From: Methanotrichaceae archaeon
GTDB lineage: Archaea > Halobacteriota > Methanosarcinia > Methanotrichales > Methanotrichaceae
Assembly: GCA_963754945.1 (NCBI GenBank)
Contig: CAVWIG010000031.1
Span: forward strand, 1-64,000
Reading direction: 5' to 3'
Length of the DNA: 64,000 nucleotides
In this document: piece after piece, positions 30,599 to 40,959 of the stretch
Layout: each line of letters opens with the position of its first letter
How positions within the stretch are numbered: position 1 is the first letter of the stretch
Position numbers and translations under genes: made by a program
The notes under the pieces: model-generated
Database searches by the model: none
The model's input: only the letters and a program-made list of their open reading frames with translations
What the model was told of the DNA's origin: nothing

Positions 30599-31774
30599 CT
30601 AAATCACCAAATGCCTGAGCTCCCATAGTAGCTTAGGGTTGAGCTTGAAAAGCACTCGTAGCATCCCTCGCAGGTCCATTTTGGAGATGTCCTCGTTCTT
30701 CAATGAGCCGATGAGCTGGTTTAGGTCGTTGTCTGTGAGTTTCACGAAGAACTCCTTGTACTCATAGCTTCTGGCAATGTGCTTGCCTATGTCCATCCGC
30801 CAGCGGTCTTCGTATTCCTTCAGCCCGCCCTTACTCAAATTCCCGTTTGATATAGCTTTGGCGGCCACCTCTCCCGCGATGATTCCTGCTTTCATGGCGT
30901 TTAGGATTCCGCCTCCTGTTATTGGATCGGTCTGGTGCGCAGCGTCCCCCACCAGCATGACACCGTCTGATGTAGCGGATTCTATCACTCCAGATGACGG
31001 ATCTCCGCCTGCCACCATCTCCACTACCTTACCGTTGGGAAAATGAGATTTCATGAAATCCTTTAGCAGCCTGACAGGCACGCCCGAGCCGGATTTGGAG
31101 CCCTGAACGCCTATGCCCACATTGGCTAGCTTATCGCCCTTGGGAAAGGCCCAGACATACCCTCCCGGAGCCATTTTGTTTCCGAAGAAGAACTCGCAAT
31201 ACTCGTCGTCTATGGTGGAGTCCTGGACCAGGAACTGGGCGCAGCAGTGGATATCCTTGGGCTTCAGGGCAGTATCGATACCTGCCCAGCGACCCACCTT
31301 GGACTCTACTCCGTCCGCGCCAATGATGAGTGAAGCCTCGATCTGCAGTGGCTCACCCATGTGCATGGCCGAGACTCCGCAGGGCACGCCGTTCTTTCGG
31401 AGAAGTTCTAAAGCTCTGGTCTTTACCATTACTTTGGTACCTACCCGGGCAGCATCCATGGCCAGGGCCCGATCGAAGATCTTTCTCTCCAGGACGTAAC
31501 CAACCTCAGATCCGGCCCTGTCCTCAGACATGATTATGCAGGTGCCGTCCGGTGCGTAGATCCTGGCCCCTTTAACTTCGGCGGCTATCCACTGGGGGTC
31601 CGGCTTCACCATCTCGCATAAGACCCTCTTGCCGACTCCTTCGGCGCACCTGACAGGATCCCCAATCTCCTGGCGTTTCTCCAGCATGACAACATCAAGG
31701 CCGGCAGCCGCGGCCGTTTTGGCAGCCATCGACCCGCCGGGACCCGCTCCTACGACGACCACATCGCACTTCAT
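30599..31774 (-). CDS. Digeranylgeranylglycerophospholipid reductase (geranylgeranyl reductase)
   Basis: VVGAGPGG, PVRCAEG, PGGYVWAFP and LVGDAA..PITGGG motifs. Confidence 0.93.
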   Translation of the reverse strand: MKCDVVVVGAGPGGSMAAKTAAAAGLDVVMLEKRQEIGDPVRCAEGVGKRVLCEMVKPDPQWIAAEVKGARIYAPDGTCIIMSEDRAGSEVGYVLERKIFDRALAMDAARVGTKVMVKTRALELLRKNGVPCGVSAMHMGEPLQIEASLIIGADGVESKVGRWAGIDTALKPKDIHCCAQFLVQDSTIDDEYCEFFFGNKMAPGGYVWAFPKGDKLANVGIGVQGSKSGSGVPVRLLKDFMKSHFPNGKVVEMVAGGDPSSGVIESATSDGVMLVGDAAHQTDPITGGGILNAMKAGIIAGEVAAKAISNGNLSKGGLKEYEDRWRMDIGKHIARSYEYKEFFVKLTDNDLNQLIGSLKNEDISKMDLRGMLRVLFKLNPKLLWELRHLVI

Positions 31775-31962
31775 GCCTTAACCTCCAGAGCGCCGACAGG
31801 ACAAATCTTGGTGCAGATGCCGCACTCTTTGCACTCCGGTGAGACCTCCAGCCAGGTCTCCACCAGCTCAAGGGACATTGTCGGGCAGACTCCTACGCAA
31901 GCACCGCAGTAGCAGCACTTGTACCTGTTAACAGCAAGCAAGAGATCACATCTCCACATCAA
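31771..31962 (-). CDS. 2[4Fe-4S] ferredoxin
   Basis: Two CxxCxxCxxxCP motifs; coupled to the GGR gene. Confidence 0.9.
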   Translation of the reverse strand: MMWRCDLLLAVNRYKCCYCGACVGVCPTMSLELVETWLEVSPECKECGICTKICPVGALEVKA

Positions 31963-32228
31963 TAAATAATTTTGAAGTCTTCATAGCCTTTGCATTTTAG
32001 CTCAGAGAGCTCCAACCCAGAGATCATTGAGCCCTCAGGTCCGGTCTTCATAAGGCTGACTAGCTCGCCCACCTTCTGTCGCTCGCCCTCAAGGACCGCC
32101 TCGACACCGCCACCGGGAACGTTGTGAACCCAACCCTTAACTCCCAGCTCCTGAGCTTGAGCCTTGGTGTAGGCCCGGTAGAAGACGCCCTGAACTCTAC
32201 CAGAAACTCTCACGTGAACGCTTATCAT
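31959..32228 (-). CDS. acyP: Acylphosphatase
   Basis: SGRVQGVFYR and GWVHN motifs. Confidence 0.93.
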   Translation of the reverse strand: MISVHVRVSGRVQGVFYRAYTKAQAQELGVKGWVHNVPGGGVEAVLEGERQKVGELVSLMKTGPEGSMISGLELSELKCKGYEDFKIIY

Positions 32229-32230
32229 TT

Positions 32231-32911
32231 TCAGGCTCCAGTCACCAGGTCCTCTAAAGCCTTGCGTTGGTCTTTAGCCTTGACAATTCCGGAGGCCAGA
32301 AGAACACCTTCAGAGCCCAGATCGAGCGCAGCTTTCAGATCCTCGCCATGGGTTATGCCAGCTCCGCAGAGGACGCCAACTCCGGGCTCGATCTTCTTAA
32401 CTGCGTCAACAGAGCCTCTCACAACTTCCGGATCTGCCTTTGACACAGGTATGCCGCTGCCTATTAGCTCAGGTGGCTCCACGGCGACATAGTCCGGCTT
32501 CATTGCTGCTGCTGCTCTGGTCGTAGCTATGTTGTTGGTGCAGACGATTGTGGCCAGGCTGAAAGACTTGCATGCAGAGATGGAGGCTTCGATATCAGCC
32601 AGCTTGAGCCTTCGCTCAGAATGGTTTATGAGCGAGCCACTGGCCCCCGCGGCCTTGAGCGATGCAGCTGTGACATGTCCTGTGAATCCGCCATAGCCCA
32701 CGCCGTCGACGTGCTGGGCATAAACGGGAATCTTTACAGCTTCGGAGATGGCATGGATGTCTGCAACCTGAGGTGCCGCTATTATCTTAACAGAGTACTC
32801 TTTTGAGACATCCTCGCAGATCTCTGCGAGTCTGAGGGCGTTGTTGCCCGTTGCTTCGCGGTACGTTTTGAAATTGAGCACAATTACAGTCACTTTCTCC
32901 CTCGCGATCAC
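32231..32911 (-). CDS. tpiA: Triosephosphate isomerase (archaeal type)
   Basis: LNFKTY, NHSERR and AVEPPELIG motifs. Confidence 0.96.
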   Translation of the reverse strand: MIAREKVTVIVLNFKTYREATGNNALRLAEICEDVSKEYSVKIIAAPQVADIHAISEAVKIPVYAQHVDGVGYGGFTGHVTAASLKAAGASGSLINHSERRLKLADIEASISACKSFSLATIVCTNNIATTRAAAAMKPDYVAVEPPELIGSGIPVSKADPEVVRGSVDAVKKIEPGVGVLCGAGITHGEDLKAALDLGSEGVLLASGIVKAKDQRKALEDLVTGA

Positions 32912-33423
32912 CCTATGTTTTCAGAGGGCATATATATTTTGGCCGGACTCTGATTTGGACTAATGTGATAATTTTCATAATGATGTCGGCCTTAAAGCAC
33001 TCTCCTGCGCACACCATCCATATTACGCCTCTAAAAGATCAAGGCTACCATAAGGGGGCAGCCTTCTCTCCAGGCTGGATCGTGTGGTAGAGGAGGCTCT
33101 GTGGTTTCGGGGTAATCAATCTTAAAGAACTCTATGTATCGTCGTGTTCGCACCAGAAACTTCTCAAGCTTTGCCCGGCACCTCTGACACATTGAGCAGT
33201 TCTTGCGGCCGACGAAAGGAAGCGAGGGCAGTTTGGTTTAGTATATCATTTCTTTCAACCCTCTCTGCGAACCATAGGTATCAAGGAATCCGATACTACT
33301 TCTTCGATCTCGACCCTAGGAACTTCGTACTTACCTGTCAACTCTCCAGGGACATCTCAAGCCTCCGGCCAGGAACTCTTGCACGAAGTTCTATGGCTGA
33401 AATTCTGGATTTCGTTCCATATA

Positions 33424-33581
33424 AAACCCTCATGAGCCTAAAGATCAGGATAGAGGCTCATGCGCGAAAAATGAAAGTGATATCTGTTGGCACCACTTTC
33501 ATGGGAAACCCTCATGAGCCTTAGACGAGTACGAGGATAGACTCATGCCCGAAAGATGAAGCAGTATCATTTTGGTGCCAC
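33424..33581. repeat. Two imperfect tandem ~80-bp repeats, each with a CATGAG...CTCATG stem
   Basis: AAACCCTCATGAGCCT..AGGATAG..CTCATGC.CGAAA.ATGAA at 33424 and 33506. Confidence 0.75.
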
Positions 33582-33674
33582 GCCACGTCAAATAGTAGAC
33601 TATAGTGGCGGAGAAAAAACGTCATTGCTCCATTTCGAAAAAGGAACAGTGTCGAGGGCAGAAAGCGAAACCGC

Positions 33675-34082
33675 CTAAGCCATCACCTGCTCCTTCAAGA
33701 TATACCTGATCAGGTCCTCAGAGAGCTTGGTCTCCCTCTGAACTCTCTTAACAGTCTCTTCTATGCTGTTGCCCTCGGCCATCAGCCCGGAAATCCTCCG
33801 GATTACCTTGTCGCCAACGGTGTAATACTCATCGATGTCTTTCCGGTGTCCCCACACGTCGCCTTTCAGAAGCTCAACTCCCTGGATTTCCAGGAACTGC
33901 TGGGCAGCTTTGGACATGGTTTCGTGGTAAGATGGCGGTATTTGGACTGCTCTGAGCCTGGGACATGATTGGACAAGTCCCATTACATCCATGTTTGAGG
34001 CGCGAAATGCCAGGTGAACTATCTGTTCATTGCGGTTCAGATCTGTGATCTCATTTTTGGAACTAACTACCCTCAGTTTCAT
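33675..34082 (-). CDS. DUF1699 family protein
   Basis: VHLAFRASN and GDVWGHRKDIDEYY motifs. Confidence 0.85.
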   Translation of the reverse strand: MKLRVVSSKNEITDLNRNEQIVHLAFRASNMDVMGLVQSCPRLRAVQIPPSYHETMSKAAQQFLEIQGVELLKGDVWGHRKDIDEYYTVGDKVIRRISGLMAEGNSIEETVKRVQRETKLSEDLIRYILKEQVMA

Positions 34083-34534
34083 GGTAATTACAATTGTTGT
34101 TAAAATATTTATAGATAATGGTAATCATAGTAATCCAGCATTAGATATACAAAGAATGGAAACAGAACCTATAAAATATTTATGTTTAAGTGTAAAACTA
34201 GTAAAATATGTACGAAGATACGGAACAAGATCTTCTGTAGATTTTATAATCCAACAATTTTATATATTTATTGATCATTAAACGTAAATAGGCACCTGTA
34301 GGGATCTTACCAAATCAATCCGACATTAAGAATCGCTAGGCTACGACACATTACTATTTTCTGCGTTGACTTAGGCCGAATGCCTCCTAGCCTTACACTT
34401 TGTGCATTGAGTTACAATGACCTCGCGAGGACTAAGGTTGTGGCGTCTTCTCCACACTAGCCCTCCACTAACTCAGGCTGAGGAGTACAAGAGACCATCA
34501 ATTAAAGTCTCGTTAACATCTTCGTTGACTGTAC

Positions 34535-35971
34535 TTACTTCATTTGTTTCAGCGCGACCAACGCGCTGCTCACTCTGGAGCGCATCTGTGATATCCGGTC
34601 CTTTTCCTCGTTTATCTTTCTCAAACGCTCCGAAACCATACGTTTTGTCTCAGTGGGAGCTGGTCCTCCAGTGTTGGACCTTAGGGCCACGTTGATCCGC
34701 GGGTCCAGGGCCTTCTCGAGCACCTCAACATTGAAACCACGTTCGCTGGGCCTAAAACCCGCGAATTCCATGGCTACTGTATCCAGCTCAGGCAAGTTAG
34801 GCTTACGGCCGGATGCTGCGATTCTTCCCACGGTCATATGAGCGACTCGAAATGGCATGCCTGTTATGCGGACTAAGGAATCCGCCAGTTCGGTTGCTGT
34901 GGAGAAACCGGTGGCCGAACTTTCCTCAAGCCTCGTCTCATTAAATTTTAAGGTAGATACACAGCCATCCAGGATGCGCACCGTGCTTCTGGCCCAGTCC
35001 ATGGACCGCCATAGGTGTGGCGTGACCTCCTGAAGGTCCCGATTGTAGCTCATAGGCAGGGCCTTGCAGATGGTTAAGGCAGAGACAAGGCTGCCCATGA
35101 CGGATCCGGCCTTGGCGCGGGCCAGCTCCGCCGTATCGGGATTCTTCTTTTGAGGCATGATGGAACTTGTGGAGGCGAAACGGTTGTCCAGCTCAAGATA
35201 GCCGAACTCCGAAGTGGACCACATAATGAGCTCCTCTGCCAGGCGGCTCAGATTGACCATGAGAATAGACAGATCCGACAAGACTTCCAGAATAAAATCT
35301 CTTGTAGAGACTGCGTCCATGCTGTTCTCCACCAAGCCATCGAACCCAAGAAGCTGACAAGTCCTCTGCCTGTTTATGTTAAAGCCGGTGGAGGCGAAGG
35401 CTGCCGCTCCAAGTGGGCTCTGGTTGACTCTCTTGTAGCAACCTTTCAGCCTTTCCAGGTCTCTTGCATAAGCATCAGCATGAGCCAGAAGATGGTGAGC
35501 GAGGGTTGTAGGTTGGGCGTGCTGGGTGTGGGTGTAACCGGGGATGATCGTCTCAGTGTTCTTCTCTGCCAGCTCGACAAGGGTCTTGATCAGCGCCAGG
35601 AGTTCATCCATGAGATCGAGCATCTGGGCGCGCAGCGCTACTCGAATACAGGTAGCGACCTCGTCATTCCTTGACCGACCTGTGTGCATTCGGCCTCCTT
35701 CCGGTCCGACGAGAGCAATAACCTGCTTTTCGATCGCCTCGTGCACATCCTCTTCATTGCCAATTCTAAGATGGGATTCTTCGAGCTCGTCCAAAACATC
35801 GATGATCTGGGAACATGCGTCGGCTGAAACCAGACCCTGCTCCTTAAGCATTATCAGGTGGGCTCTGTCCACAAGCAGATCGGCTTCGAAGATCCTTCTA
35901 TCTGCCTCCTTTGAGGACAGGAACTCCAGGACGTCCTCCGGAATCCCACCCAAGCGTTGGTCACGGAACAT
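34535..35971 (-). CDS. argH: Argininosuccinate lyase
   Basis: HTGRSRNDEV, GYTHTQHAQP and SSIMPQKKNPD motifs. Confidence 0.97.
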   Translation of the reverse strand: MFRDQRLGGIPEDVLEFLSSKEADRRIFEADLLVDRAHLIMLKEQGLVSADACSQIIDVLDELEESHLRIGNEEDVHEAIEKQVIALVGPEGGRMHTGRSRNDEVATCIRVALRAQMLDLMDELLALIKTLVELAEKNTETIIPGYTHTQHAQPTTLAHHLLAHADAYARDLERLKGCYKRVNQSPLGAAAFASTGFNINRQRTCQLLGFDGLVENSMDAVSTRDFILEVLSDLSILMVNLSRLAEELIMWSTSEFGYLELDNRFASTSSIMPQKKNPDTAELARAKAGSVMGSLVSALTICKALPMSYNRDLQEVTPHLWRSMDWARSTVRILDGCVSTLKFNETRLEESSATGFSTATELADSLVRITGMPFRVAHMTVGRIAASGRKPNLPELDTVAMEFAGFRPSERGFNVEVLEKALDPRINVALRSNTGGPAPTETKRMVSERLRKINEEKDRISQMRSRVSSALVALKQMK

Positions 35972-35972
35972 A

Positions 35973-37136
35973 TCAGGTCGTGTAGTTTGCGTTTATGTCC
36001 ACATACCCGTGGGTAAGGTCGCATCCGAAGCTTCGGGCTGTCGCGTCTCCCAGGCCCAGATCGACATAGATGAGAATGGAGTCTCCTTCCATGATCTCTT
36101 TGGCCTGGTCCAACACGCCCTGAACTATTCTTCCTTTCTCCACCAGGGTCACCTCGCGACCATTACCCTCGAGGCTTAGTGTAATGCGTTCAGGCTCAAG
36201 CCGGGCTCCTGACCTGCCAACCGCTGCCACTATCCTGCCCCAGTTGGGGTCGGAGCCGTAGACCGCGGTCTTTACTAGGCTACTGCGAGCTACAGAGCGA
36301 GCTGCAGCTCGGGCATCCTCCCCGCTCCCGGCTCCGGTGATCACCGTCTCGAAGTACTTGGTGGCACCCTCGCCATCCATGGCCATCATCCGGGCCAGCT
36401 CGGTGCACACATGGTTCAGAGCTACCCTGAAGGTCCCGATGTCGCACTTTTGAGCACCTGTGGCTGTGAGAAGGATAGTGTCGTTGGTGCTGGTGTCGCC
36501 ATCAATAGTAAGCATGTTGAAGCTGTCGGCTACAGCATTTGCCAGGCAGTCTTTTAACTCCGCTCGGGGTAGGTCGGCATCGGTGTAGATGAAGCAGAGC
36601 ATTGTAGCCATGTTGGGCTCGATCATCCCTGCGCCTTTAATAATCCCGGCTATGTGCATCCCTTTATGCTCCAAGGCTACTTCTTTCAACCTAGTGTCGG
36701 TCGTCATGATGGCCCTGGCCGCTTCCTGGCTGGCATCAGGGCTGCTCCTGAGCCTGGCCTTAGCTTCCTGAAAGAGGGACTCGATGATCTCCATGTCCAT
36801 TGGTCGTCCTATCACTCCGGTGGATGCAACCCCGATCCTGCCTGGGGCTGTCTTCAGGAAATCCGCCATCATCCGGACCATATCCCTGGCGTACTGGAGG
36901 CCCTGCACTCCGGTGTAGCAGTTTGCGCAGCCGCTGTTGGCAATCACGCCGTCAAGCCAGCCGTTCTCCAGGTTCTCTGCTGTCACGTCAAGAGGTGCCG
37001 CACGGACCCGGTTGGTCGTGAACATCCCCACGGCAACACCGCTGGCGGCTATCAAAGCTAGGCCATACTTTCCCTGCCTGGCTCCAGAGGCCGAAACGCC
37101 CGGTACTGTGCAGATGCCGCCTTCAAGCCTTTTCAT
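35973..37136 (-). CDS. argJ: Ornithine acetyltransferase
   Basis: NSGCAN, KGAGMIEPNMATML and DGDTSTND motifs. Confidence 0.96.
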   Translation of the reverse strand: MKRLEGGICTVPGVSASGARQGKYGLALIAASGVAVGMFTTNRVRAAPLDVTAENLENGWLDGVIANSGCANCYTGVQGLQYARDMVRMMADFLKTAPGRIGVASTGVIGRPMDMEIIESLFQEAKARLRSSPDASQEAARAIMTTDTRLKEVALEHKGMHIAGIIKGAGMIEPNMATMLCFIYTDADLPRAELKDCLANAVADSFNMLTIDGDTSTNDTILLTATGAQKCDIGTFRVALNHVCTELARMMAMDGEGATKYFETVITGAGSGEDARAAARSVARSSLVKTAVYGSDPNWGRIVAAVGRSGARLEPERITLSLEGNGREVTLVEKGRIVQGVLDQAKEIMEGDSILIYVDLGLGDATARSFGCDLTHGYVDINANYTT

Positions 37137-37599
37137 TGGACTTCCCTAGACCTGTTATGATGTCACCACGAGTGACGATTCCCACAAGCTTGCCGTTCTC
37201 GACGACGGGCAATCGGTTGATCCTGTGCCTGGTCATAATCGATGCCGCGTCCTCGATGGAGTCGGCCGGTCCAACTGTCTGCACGTCCCTGTGCATGACC
37301 TCCGAGACCTTCTTTTTGGAGATATCCTCAACGCTTGAGTGAAGCTTCTCCCATTTCAGGAGGTCCCTGAAGGGCACCTCAAGGATCTCAAGTGGGCTGG
37401 GAAGCCAGAGCTGCCCCTCCTCTCTTCCGGAGAGCAGCCGTAGTACATCAGACTCTGATATTACCCCAACCAGCCGGTCTCCATCCAGTACAGGCATGCC
37501 GCTTATCCTTTTTTTCTTCATCTTTCTAGCGGCTTCGCTGACTGTGTCCTCAGTCAGGCAGGTCACAGGCTTTGAGTTCATCACATCTCTAACAAACAT
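37123..37599 (-). CDS. CBS domain pair protein
   Basis: ISGMPV..LVGVISESD and RLPVV..LVGIVTRGD motifs. Confidence 0.92.
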   Translation of the reverse strand: MFVRDVMNSKPVTCLTEDTVSEAARKMKKKRISGMPVLDGDRLVGVISESDVLRLLSGREEGQLWLPSPLEILEVPFRDLLKWEKLHSSVEDISKKKVSEVMHRDVQTVGPADSIEDAASIMTRHRINRLPVVENGKLVGIVTRGDIITGLGKSNEKA

Positions 37600-37613
37600 T
37601 TCAATCCCTCAAA

Positions 37614-38639
37614 CTACGGCGCAAGTCCTGGGAACCATAATCCAGTGGTCTCCTCAAAGCCCGACATCAAGTTCATGTTCTGGATGGCCTGGCCTGATGC
37701 CCCTTTGACTAGGTTATCTATTACAGACAGGACCACCAGGCGGTCAGTTCCCTTCTCCGCCTCAAAGCTTATATCGCAGAAGTTGGAGCCCCGAACTGAG
37801 CTCATCTTGGGAGCACCTTCGATCATCCTGATGAAGTGGGCGTTTTTGTAGAACTCCCTGTAGATCTCAGCCACAGCGGCCTTGTCCTGGATGGTGTCCA
37901 CAGCGTCCTCTTTTGCGAAGACGTGGGCGGTGGTCAGGATTCCCCGAACCGACGGTACCACATGGGGCGTGAAGCTGACCCTGATGTCTTTTTCGAGCCT
38001 GGTCAGCTCTTGCCTGATCTCAGGCGCATGACGATGAGTTGTCAGCTTGTAGGGGATCACGTTCTCGGCCATATTGGGGTAGTGGCTGGTCTCCGTGGGC
38101 TCGGCTCCTGCGCCGGAGATCCCGGATTTGGAGTCAAAGACTACTCTGTCCACCAGGCCTGCTTTCGCTAGTGGAGCGATCGCCAGGATAGCCCCTGTGG
38201 GATAACAGCCTGGGTTGCCGACTAGATTAGCATGAGCCACCTCAGGATGAAGCTCGCATAGACCGAAGACTGCATCTCTGGGAGCACGGTGCTTTGTGCC
38301 ATAAGTCTTTTCGAAGACATCCACAGGCAGACGGTAGTCGGAGCTCAGGTCTACTACACTTGTGCCTGCATCAAGAAGTCCTGGCACCCAGTCCATGGCT
38401 GTTCCGTGGGGCACGGCGGTGAAGACCACGTCGCACCTCTCAGCTACCTCTTTTGCCGATGGTGCCTCGAAGGAGAGTGAATAGATCCCGCGAATGTGCG
38501 GGTGCACAGAAGCCAACGGCTTTCCTGCAAGCTTTCTTGAAGTTACGCACACGACCTTTGCCAGAGGGTGACCCGCCAGAAGGCGCAGCAGCTCTCCACC
38601 TGTATAACCTGAGCCGCCGACTATTCCTACATCTATCAT
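37614..38639 (-). CDS. argC: N-acetyl-gamma-glutamyl-phosphate reductase
   Basis: GGSGYTG, NPGCYPT and DNLVKGASGQA. Start moved to MIDVG. Confidence 0.96.
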   Translation of the reverse strand: MIDVGIVGGSGYTGGELLRLLAGHPLAKVVCVTSRKLAGKPLASVHPHIRGIYSLSFEAPSAKEVAERCDVVFTAVPHGTAMDWVPGLLDAGTSVVDLSSDYRLPVDVFEKTYGTKHRAPRDAVFGLCELHPEVAHANLVGNPGCYPTGAILAIAPLAKAGLVDRVVFDSKSGISGAGAEPTETSHYPNMAENVIPYKLTTHRHAPEIRQELTRLEKDIRVSFTPHVVPSVRGILTTAHVFAKEDAVDTIQDKAAVAEIYREFYKNAHFIRMIEGAPKMSSVRGSNFCDISFEAEKGTDRLVVLSVIDNLVKGASGQAIQNMNLMSGFEETTGLWFPGLAP

Positions 38640-38680
38640 ACGAAAGATACCACGACTTAATGATATAAATTGGCCTCGGC

Positions 38681-39636
38681 CTAGACGCCACATAGGCCGA
38701 TGCTCAGGTCGGTCAGCCTTTCGGCTGCCTGTAAAAGGCGCTCCCGCCCCTCCAGGCGCGCGAGCCAACGTTCAGGGATCCAGGATGTACCATAGAACGC
38801 TCCGGCCAAGGCACCTGCCATTGAGGCTATTGAGTCGGTATCACCACCGCCGTTAGCAGCGTGGATCAGCGCCTCCTCAGGCTCAAAACGGATGAAACAA
38901 TAGAAGGCGGCAGGAACCGTCTCGAAGACGGCCGGAGAGTTGCCGATTGCCGAAAGGGCATCAGCCGGATCGAGGTCGATCAGGGACCCGGACCATAGGA
39001 GCCGATCGGCGAACTCTTTGTCAGCCCGGCTTGAAAGATCGGAGGCTGTCTTTAAGATCGTCTGCTTAGGAATGCCCATGAGACAAAGGGCTACGCCTGA
39101 AGCGATGGCAATAGATCCGGCCCTGGCGGCCGGGCCACAGTGGGTGCAGATGGATTGAAGATCGGCATAGCTGCTGACTAGGCTGAGGTCGCGGTGGTAA
39201 AGAAGACCGATGGGCGCTGCCCTCATAGCAGATCCGCACGTAGGCATACGTAGGCCGGATTCCGGCCATGGCGTGCCTGACAGCATCAGTTCGACTGAAG
39301 ACTTGGTGGTGAACCCCACGCCTCTGTTCAGCCGCTCGTCCAGGACCCAGGCGCTCCCCACTCCATGAGCCTGTCCGCGAAACGGTCGCCTGAGAAACCT
39401 GTTGCCTCGATCATGGACTCGGCCAGGATCAGCGTCTCTTCAGTATCGTCTGTGTACTGGCCTGCCAGAAGTCCTGTGTGAAAGTGGCCCTCCGGAGCTG
39501 GCATCATGTCCCGGACTGGGCCGAACTTGGAACGGATCTCTCCGGCTGTGTAGCCCTCGGTAGGCATTCCCAAGGCGTCGCCTGCCGCTAAACCGAGAAA
39601 ACAGCCCTTGAACCGATCAAGCATATCGGGAGCCAT
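38681..39636 (-). pseudogene. ADP-ribosylglycohydrolase, split by a one-base frameshift
   Basis: GDALG and YTDDT in the 5' ORF; GSAMR and GGDTDSIA in the 3' ORF; shift at a G4 run near 39356-39359. Confidence 0.85.
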
Positions 39637-39715
39637 AAAGAGATAGATCAGGCTGGGACTAATAACCGTTTTCCCAAACAAAATTGTTATTGCCGATCGA
39701 CTTCAAGGCAGGATC

Positions 39716-40336
39716 GTGGATTCCTATCGGAAAGCCTGGGAAAGGGACTATAAAAGCCGTGGCCGCCTCTGGGGCGGTGGTCTTCCATCGTTGCCGGATT
39801 TGCCTTCGGGCTCCAGGGTGCTGGAGCTTGGTTGCGGCAACGGCAAGACCCTCTCTGCAATGCTCCAATATCCCTGGACCATAACTGCTCTTGATGTCTC
39901 GGCCGTAGCGGTCATGCTGGGTCGCATTGTGGCACCGGAGAGGGCCGATTTCCTTGTAGCTGACGCATGCCTTTTGCCTTTCCGAGATCTAGCTTTCGAT
40001 GCAGTATTTGCCTTTCATGTGGTGGGCCACGTGCTTCATGCCGACCGTGAAACGATGGCCTCCGAGGTAACCAGGGTGCTTAAGCATGAAGGAAAGCTCT
40101 TCTTCCGCGACTTCGGCGTGGAAGACATGCGGGCAGGTATAGGGGAGGAGATAGAGCCCTGCACATTCAGGCGTGGTCTTGGAGTGACGACCCACTATTT
40201 TACCGAAGATGAGGCGGCAGATCTCTTCAGTTTGATGAAGCCTGTTACCACACTAACTCATAAATGGAAGATGAGGGTTCAAGGCAAAGATCTTCTTCGG
40301 GCCGAGGTTGAGGCGGTCTTCCAAAAGATCTTCTGA
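39716..40336 (+). CDS. Class I SAM-dependent methyltransferase
   Basis: VLELGCGNG, LPF..FDAV and RVLK motifs. Confidence 0.88.
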   Translation: MDSYRKAWERDYKSRGRLWGGGLPSLPDLPSGSRVLELGCGNGKTLSAMLQYPWTITALDVSAVAVMLGRIVAPERADFLVADACLLPFRDLAFDAVFAFHVVGHVLHADRETMASEVTRVLKHEGKLFFRDFGVEDMRAGIGEEIEPCTFRRGLGVTTHYFTEDEAADLFSLMKPVTTLTHKWKMRVQGKDLLRAEVEAVFQKIF

Positions 40337-40344
40337 GGTTGAGG

Positions 40345-40959
40345 TCAGCTAAGGTCGGGGAAATCAAATTGCTCCGGCACGAAGTTAGAGGCCCCAGCTT
40401 CGTATAGGTCCAGCTCGAAGATGGAGTATTCGATATCCGTTTCATTCTCTGTCGTCTGAAAGACCAAAGAAGGGTTGTAACGGTAGTAACCCAGGACGCT
40501 GCGGAACTTTCTTGCCTGGGCATCCCATAGATTGCCCACTGTAAAGTAGAGGCCGTAGCTACCGTCCTCTATTTTGTTGATCTTGTAGGAGTCTTTGGAG
40601 CGGATATAAACGGCCAGGATTGGCTTCACCTTGCTGTCGGTCAGCACAGCTACGGTGTCCATGGTCCAGTTGTTGTGTATCATGAGTTCACCGTAGCCGT
40701 TCCTGGCAAAGTCCTTGATGAGGGTGCCTGTCTCTGGACGGGCAATGGGTTGCGAAATCGCTGTGGAACATAAGAGAAAAAGCACAAATGCGATGCACAT
40801 GACAAGACATGCGTGGGCAACTGTTTCCTGCCAAAGGTGGGTCCAAAATGAAGAGAATCGCGATGGCAAAAGATTGGTCCAAGAAGACAGGTCAAGTCGC
40901 CCTTCAACCTGCATTGAGAAGATATCAGCGTTATCTGGAAGATCATATGTTGGCAGCAT
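40345..40959 (-). CDS. Secreted hypothetical protein, the integration target, with an element-derived N-terminus
   Basis: Signal-like hydrophobic segment followed by RPETGTLI..GELMIHN; contains the left repeat; start uncertain. Confidence 0.75.
   Translation of the reverse strand: MLPTYDLPDNADIFSMQVEGRLDLSSWTNLLPSRFSSFWTHLWQETVAHACLVMCIAFVLFLLCSTAISQPIARPETGTLIKDFARNGYGELMIHNNWTMDTVAVLTDSKVKPILAVYIRSKDSYKINKIEDGSYGLYFTVGNLWDAQARKFRSVLGYYRYNPSLVFQTTENETDIEYSIFELDLYEAGASNFVPEQFDFPDLS
40654..40737. repeat. Left att direct repeat (84 bp)
   Basis: GGTGTCCATGG...GTCTCTGG, identical to 57170-57253. Confidence 0.93.

Noticed and set aside
33424-33581. Hammerhead ribozyme
   Set aside because: The core reads CTCATGA rather than CTGANGA, and that segment is paired in the stem.
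40654-40737. tRNA as the integration target
   Set aside because: No cloverleaf or T-loop; the repeat lies in a protein-coding frame. No tRNA or rRNA was recognised in the window.
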